From assembly GCA_031387395.1 (NCBI GenBank), contig JANNDE010000145.1:1-39601 (forward strand): a stretch of 39,601 nt of DNA. Direction: 5' to 3'. The notes under the pieces were generated by a model, which was given only the letters and a program-made list of their open reading frames with translations, did no database searches and was not told the origin of the DNA. This stretch comes from Hymenobacter sp. Lineage in GTDB: Bacteria; Bacteroidota; Bacteroidia; Cytophagales; Hymenobacteraceae. A program made the position numbers and the translations under genes. Below, piece after piece: positions 36,291 to 39,601 of this stretch (positions within the stretch are counted from its first letter, which is position 1; each line of letters opens with the position of its first letter).

Positions 36291-37648
36291 TTAGCGCCGG
36301 GCTTCGCGTTTAAAATCATTGACTGCCGAGCTCAGCTGCAGCAGCTGGGCGTCGGTCATCTGGGGAGCGGTGCGGGCGAAGTTCACCAGCCGCAGCAGCT
36401 CATCGACCCGCGGCCGGGGCACGCCCGACTTCTGGCTGAGCCGCTCGCGGAACTGCTCGTCGCCGAAATCGGGGCTGGGCTCCTGGAAGCGCGTGCGCAG
36501 GTAATCCATAAAGAGGCTGACTTTTTTCTCCGCAATCAGGCCATGGCTGCGGCCCTGCCGGTAGAGGCCGGCCACCGTGCGCGTAAACAGCAGCGTGGTG
36601 TTGGGCAATGGGTTGAGGATGGGGATGACGCGCTGCCGCCGCCGCGCGCCCGTGAGTACGAACAGCACCGCGCCGGCCAGGGTAATGAAGTAGGCCAGCC
36701 GCAGCGGCTCGTGCGCCATTAGCACCCGCAGCAGCGACTGCTCGCCGGCCGGCCCCTGTTCTGGTACTCGTCCCAGAACGTGCGGCGGGCCGGCAGGTAG
36801 CGCAGCGCCGCCACCGCAAACGGCCGCGTGCGCGGCTGTAGAAAATAGCGGTTGCTGAACGCCGCCGGCACCGCGCAGAAGTACAGGTGCCCGCGCCCCA
36901 CCGGCAGCTCTACGTACACGGCCCAGCCCCGGGCATCGGTGGCGAGGGTGTGGCCGGCGTGGCCGGGCTTCAGCCCAAAGCGGTATTCGGCGGCGGGGCC
37001 GGGCAGCCAGCAGTGCCCGGCGGCTAGGGCCGGGTTGGTGAAGCGCAGCTCCACCGAGTCGGGGCCAAACGGGTGGCTGGCGCTGGGCCGGATGCGCGGC
37101 GTGAGGCGCTCGACCCGCACCCCGAGTGAATCGGCGAACGCCCCGTTCAGGTCTTCAGCGGTGATGAAAACCGCGTTGCCGCGCCGGGCCAGCGCCAGCA
37201 GGGCCCGCCCGTCGAGCGCGTCGTTGGCGAAGCCATTGTTGATGAATAAGTAGTTGGCGTGCAGGCCCTCGCGCAGGGGCAGGGCCGGAGTGTCGGTGGC
37301 CGGGGCTTCTGCCTCGGTCGTAATGGTGGTGGCATTGCCCGCCGAATCGCGGGAGTGCCTGACGGTTGCTGTGGGCTGGCCCGAACGGCTGGTGGGCGTG
37401 TCGTCGAGCGAAATGCCGGTGAGCTGATTATAAGGCGGCAGGCGCACCACTTCAATAGAATCGGTGCCGAGCAGGCGGGGCAGCTGGTCAAACAGCGCGT
37501 AGGTGCCGTAGGGAATCTTGTCGGTGTTGATGTAGGTTGGCGTCCAGTCGAGGGGCTTGGGGCGATGCGATTCCATCACGACGTACACCCCAAACAACAG
37601 GGCGAGGCCCAGCACGTACAGCCGAAATGTGGTGATGTGGCGCATCAT
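36291..37648 (-). pseudogene. DUF4350-type membrane protein split by a 1-bp frameshift (pseudogene or sequencing error)
   Basis: N-part DWTPTY..DKIPYGTYAL..WDEYQ; C-part ARRRQRVIP..NTTLLFTRTVAGLY. Adding one base at 36759-36760 restores WDEYQKQGPAGEQSLLRVLMAHEP. Confidence 0.8.
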
Positions 37649-38523
37649 CGGGCGGCGGCAAAAGCAGTAGAAGAAGCGGCGGCGTGCACGGCCCGCTGGG
37701 CGGCGCGCACCGGTTGGTACTGCGCGGCCGTGAGCGGCAGCTCGCCATACCACACGTACTCAAACTGGCGCGTGGCCACCCGAAACGCCTCGCGCAACGC
37801 CCCGGCCGGCAGTTCGTGCAGGTAGGCGTGGTTGGTTTTGTTGGGTTCCCAGTGCAGCAGGCCCTGGTCGCTGAGGATTTTCAGGGCTTCGAGGTAGCCC
37901 AGGCGCACGGCCAGGCGGTAGTTGCCGGCCGCTTCGGCCTCGGCCAGGCGGGCCGGGAAATCCACGCCGTGGATATCCTCGGCCAGCACGTCGTAATTCA
38001 GGCCGGTTCGGCGGGCCGAGCGGCCGAATGCGCCGGTCAAATCAACTTTCAGCAGCTTGAGTACGCCAAATACCAATGCCGCCACAATGGCCGCGTACCA
38101 GCCATATTTCCACGTAAGCCGGCCGCCGGGTGTGCGCAGCAGGCGGTCGAGCAGACGGCCCACCCAATACCAGAACCGGTCCCAGAGCCCCATGCCCTCG
38201 GGCGCAAGCTCGGCGTACTGGAAGTTCGGGTCGGCCCGCAGCTCGCGCAGGCGGGCTTCGTCGGGGCGGCGGGCGGGCAGGGGCGTGGTGCGGTCGGGCG
38301 GCAGGGGCCACGCTTTGATGGCCGCGTTATCGGTGGTCAGTGACTCAGTCGGTTTTGCGGCCGGCGCGGGTGCGGCTGGCGGTGTGGGCTGCCGCGTAGG
38401 TTGTTGCACCGGTGGCGCGGCCAGCGCCAGCCGGCCCAGCAGCAGCGCCGCCAGGGCCAGGTAATATCGGGCTGGTGCGCGTCGGGCTGGCCGGGCGTCG
38501 GCGCTAGTATTCGCCTTCCTCAT
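37645..38523 (-). CDS. DUF4129 domain protein
   Basis: GNYRLAVRLGYL, WEPNKTNHAY, FEYVWYG; ATGA overlap with the next gene. Confidence 0.88.
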   Translation of the reverse strand: MRKANTSADARPARRAPARYYLALAALLLGRLALAAPPVQQPTRQPTPPAAPAPAAKPTESLTTDNAAIKAWPLPPDRTTPLPARRPDEARLRELRADPNFQYAELAPEGMGLWDRFWYWVGRLLDRLLRTPGGRLTWKYGWYAAIVAALVFGVLKLLKVDLTGAFGRSARRTGLNYDVLAEDIHGVDFPARLAEAEAAGNYRLAVRLGYLEALKILSDQGLLHWEPNKTNHAYLHELPAGALREAFRVATRQFEYVWYGELPLTAAQYQPVRAAQRAVHAAASSTAFAAAR

Positions 38524-39535
38524 CGGGCCGGTAGGAGTTATTGGCGGCTTCGGGCGTCGCCGTTTGGCCCAGCAGGGCCAGCTGCTGCCGGGCCCCGATG
38601 CTGTCGCGGCGCTCGGCCAGGTTGAAGTACTGGAAGCCCATGGCCAGCAGCGGCAGGGCCAGCAGCAGCACGGCGCTGCCGGCGTAGAGGAGCGTGGCCG
38701 CCTGCATCAGCAGCGACGAATCGTGGCCGGTGCCGGTTTTGTTGAGCTGGAGCACGTCCATCATCAGCAGCCCGTACATGGGAATGGCAAACAGGTAGCT
38801 CATCGTGCTCTGAATGATGAACATCACCATGACCAGCCCGAAAGTCGACCACCACTTGCCCTTTATCAGGTAGAAGCTGCGGCGTAGGGCCTGCATCGGC
38901 CCCAGGTCTTCGAGCCACATAACCGGAAAATAGAGCGCCAGGCAGCCCGCCAGCCAGAAAATAGCGGCGTACAGCACGATGATGAACAGGAACATCCAGC
39001 CCGCGCCGGCCACGGCCACGATGCCGCCCATCACCACGGTCAGTACCACCATCGCGCCCAGCCACAGGCCCAACAGCAGCAGGCAGGCCAGCAGCATGCG
39101 GCCCAGGCGGGGCCGCAGCCAGCCCCACACCTGGCGCGGCTGCACGGTTTCGGCGGCCGGCAGGTGCAGGCGCACCCGCAGGTAGCTATATACGGTGGCG
39201 CTCAGCAGCACCAGCGTGACGATGCTGCCCAGCGCCGTGAGGCCCAGGCCCACCCCGCTCCAGCCGCGATACATGGCCAGCGGGTCGACACCCGCCATGG
39301 CATTGGCTCCGCCGGTTCGGGCCGCACTGAACATGGCGGCATAAAAGCCCATGGCCTTGCCCATAAACAGGGCCAGGCCAATGCCCATCAGCAACGCGCC
39401 GGGCAGGGTGAAGTAGGCCAGGCATTTCAGAAAAGGTTTGAACTGGGAGCTGAGGAAGTCGAACGTGGCCGACACCTTCGCGCCAAAGTCCCGCTCGCGG
39501 CGGAAATCGGATTCCTGGGTAAAAAGAGGTTTCAT
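38504..39535 (-). CDS. Conserved integral membrane protein of the MoxR/DUF58 operon
   Basis: RERDFG, ALRRSFYLIKGKWWSTFG, QYFNLAERRD; about 6 TM helices. Confidence 0.85.
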   Translation of the reverse strand: MKPLFTQESDFRRERDFGAKVSATFDFLSSQFKPFLKCLAYFTLPGALLMGIGLALFMGKAMGFYAAMFSAARTGGANAMAGVDPLAMYRGWSGVGLGLTALGSIVTLVLLSATVYSYLRVRLHLPAAETVQPRQVWGWLRPRLGRMLLACLLLLGLWLGAMVVLTVVMGGIVAVAGAGWMFLFIIVLYAAIFWLAGCLALYFPVMWLEDLGPMQALRRSFYLIKGKWWSTFGLVMVMFIIQSTMSYLFAIPMYGLLMMDVLQLNKTGTGHDSSLLMQAATLLYAGSAVLLLALPLLAMGFQYFNLAERRDSIGARQQLALLGQTATPEAANNSYRPDEEGEY

Positions 39536-39576
39536 CGAGTTGCAGAAAGGAGTGTTTGGGAAGGGGGGAGGTACCC

Positions 39577-39601
39577 GTCATGCAGAGCGCAGCGAAGCAT
39601 C
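39577..39601. repeat. Start of a REP-like intergenic element (cut by window end)
   Basis: GTCATGCAGAGCGCAGCGAAGCATC resembles the GTCAT..GAGCG.AGCGAAG.ATC class of bacterial repeats. Confidence 0.6.

Noticed and set aside
37649-37753. Upstream start of the DUF4350 ORF at 37753
   Set aside because: It overlaps the DUF4129 coding region; the ATGA coupling at 37645-37648 gives a better start.

Overview
High-GC bacterial DNA. The gene content, TAnnTTTG promoters and intergenic repeats point to Bacteroidota, probably Cytophagales such as Hymenobacter (inference). Left part (1-17016, + strand): a respiratory cluster made of Alternative Complex III (actA partial, actB-F), aa3-type cytochrome c oxidase subunits II, I, two III-like and IV, heme A and heme O synthases, a SCO-like protein lacking its Cys ligands, DUF420/CtaM, a small CxxC membrane protein and DUF983. 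Middle (+): an orphan multi-TM sensor histidine kinase and a 1299-aa outer-membrane protein carrying an in-frame palindromic repeat. Right part (- strand): a low-GC two-gene cassette; a 498-aa helical (possibly HTH+TPR) protein facing a ~670-bp ORF-poor, highly structured intergenic region (candidate ncRNA); a DEDDh exonuclease; a polytopic membrane protein; a GH20 hexosaminidase; and the membrane/DUF4129/DUF4350/MoxR/DUF58 operon, with DUF4350 frameshifted and two extra genes (NADAR and an 87-aa hypothetical) inside it. Five period-7 hairpin elements sit at gene junctions. No rRNA, tRNA, CRISPR array or transposase was recognised. The best novelty candidates are the 26261-28400 regulator plus structured RNA locus and the 25076-26223 cassette. 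All family calls come from motif recognition, not database searches.
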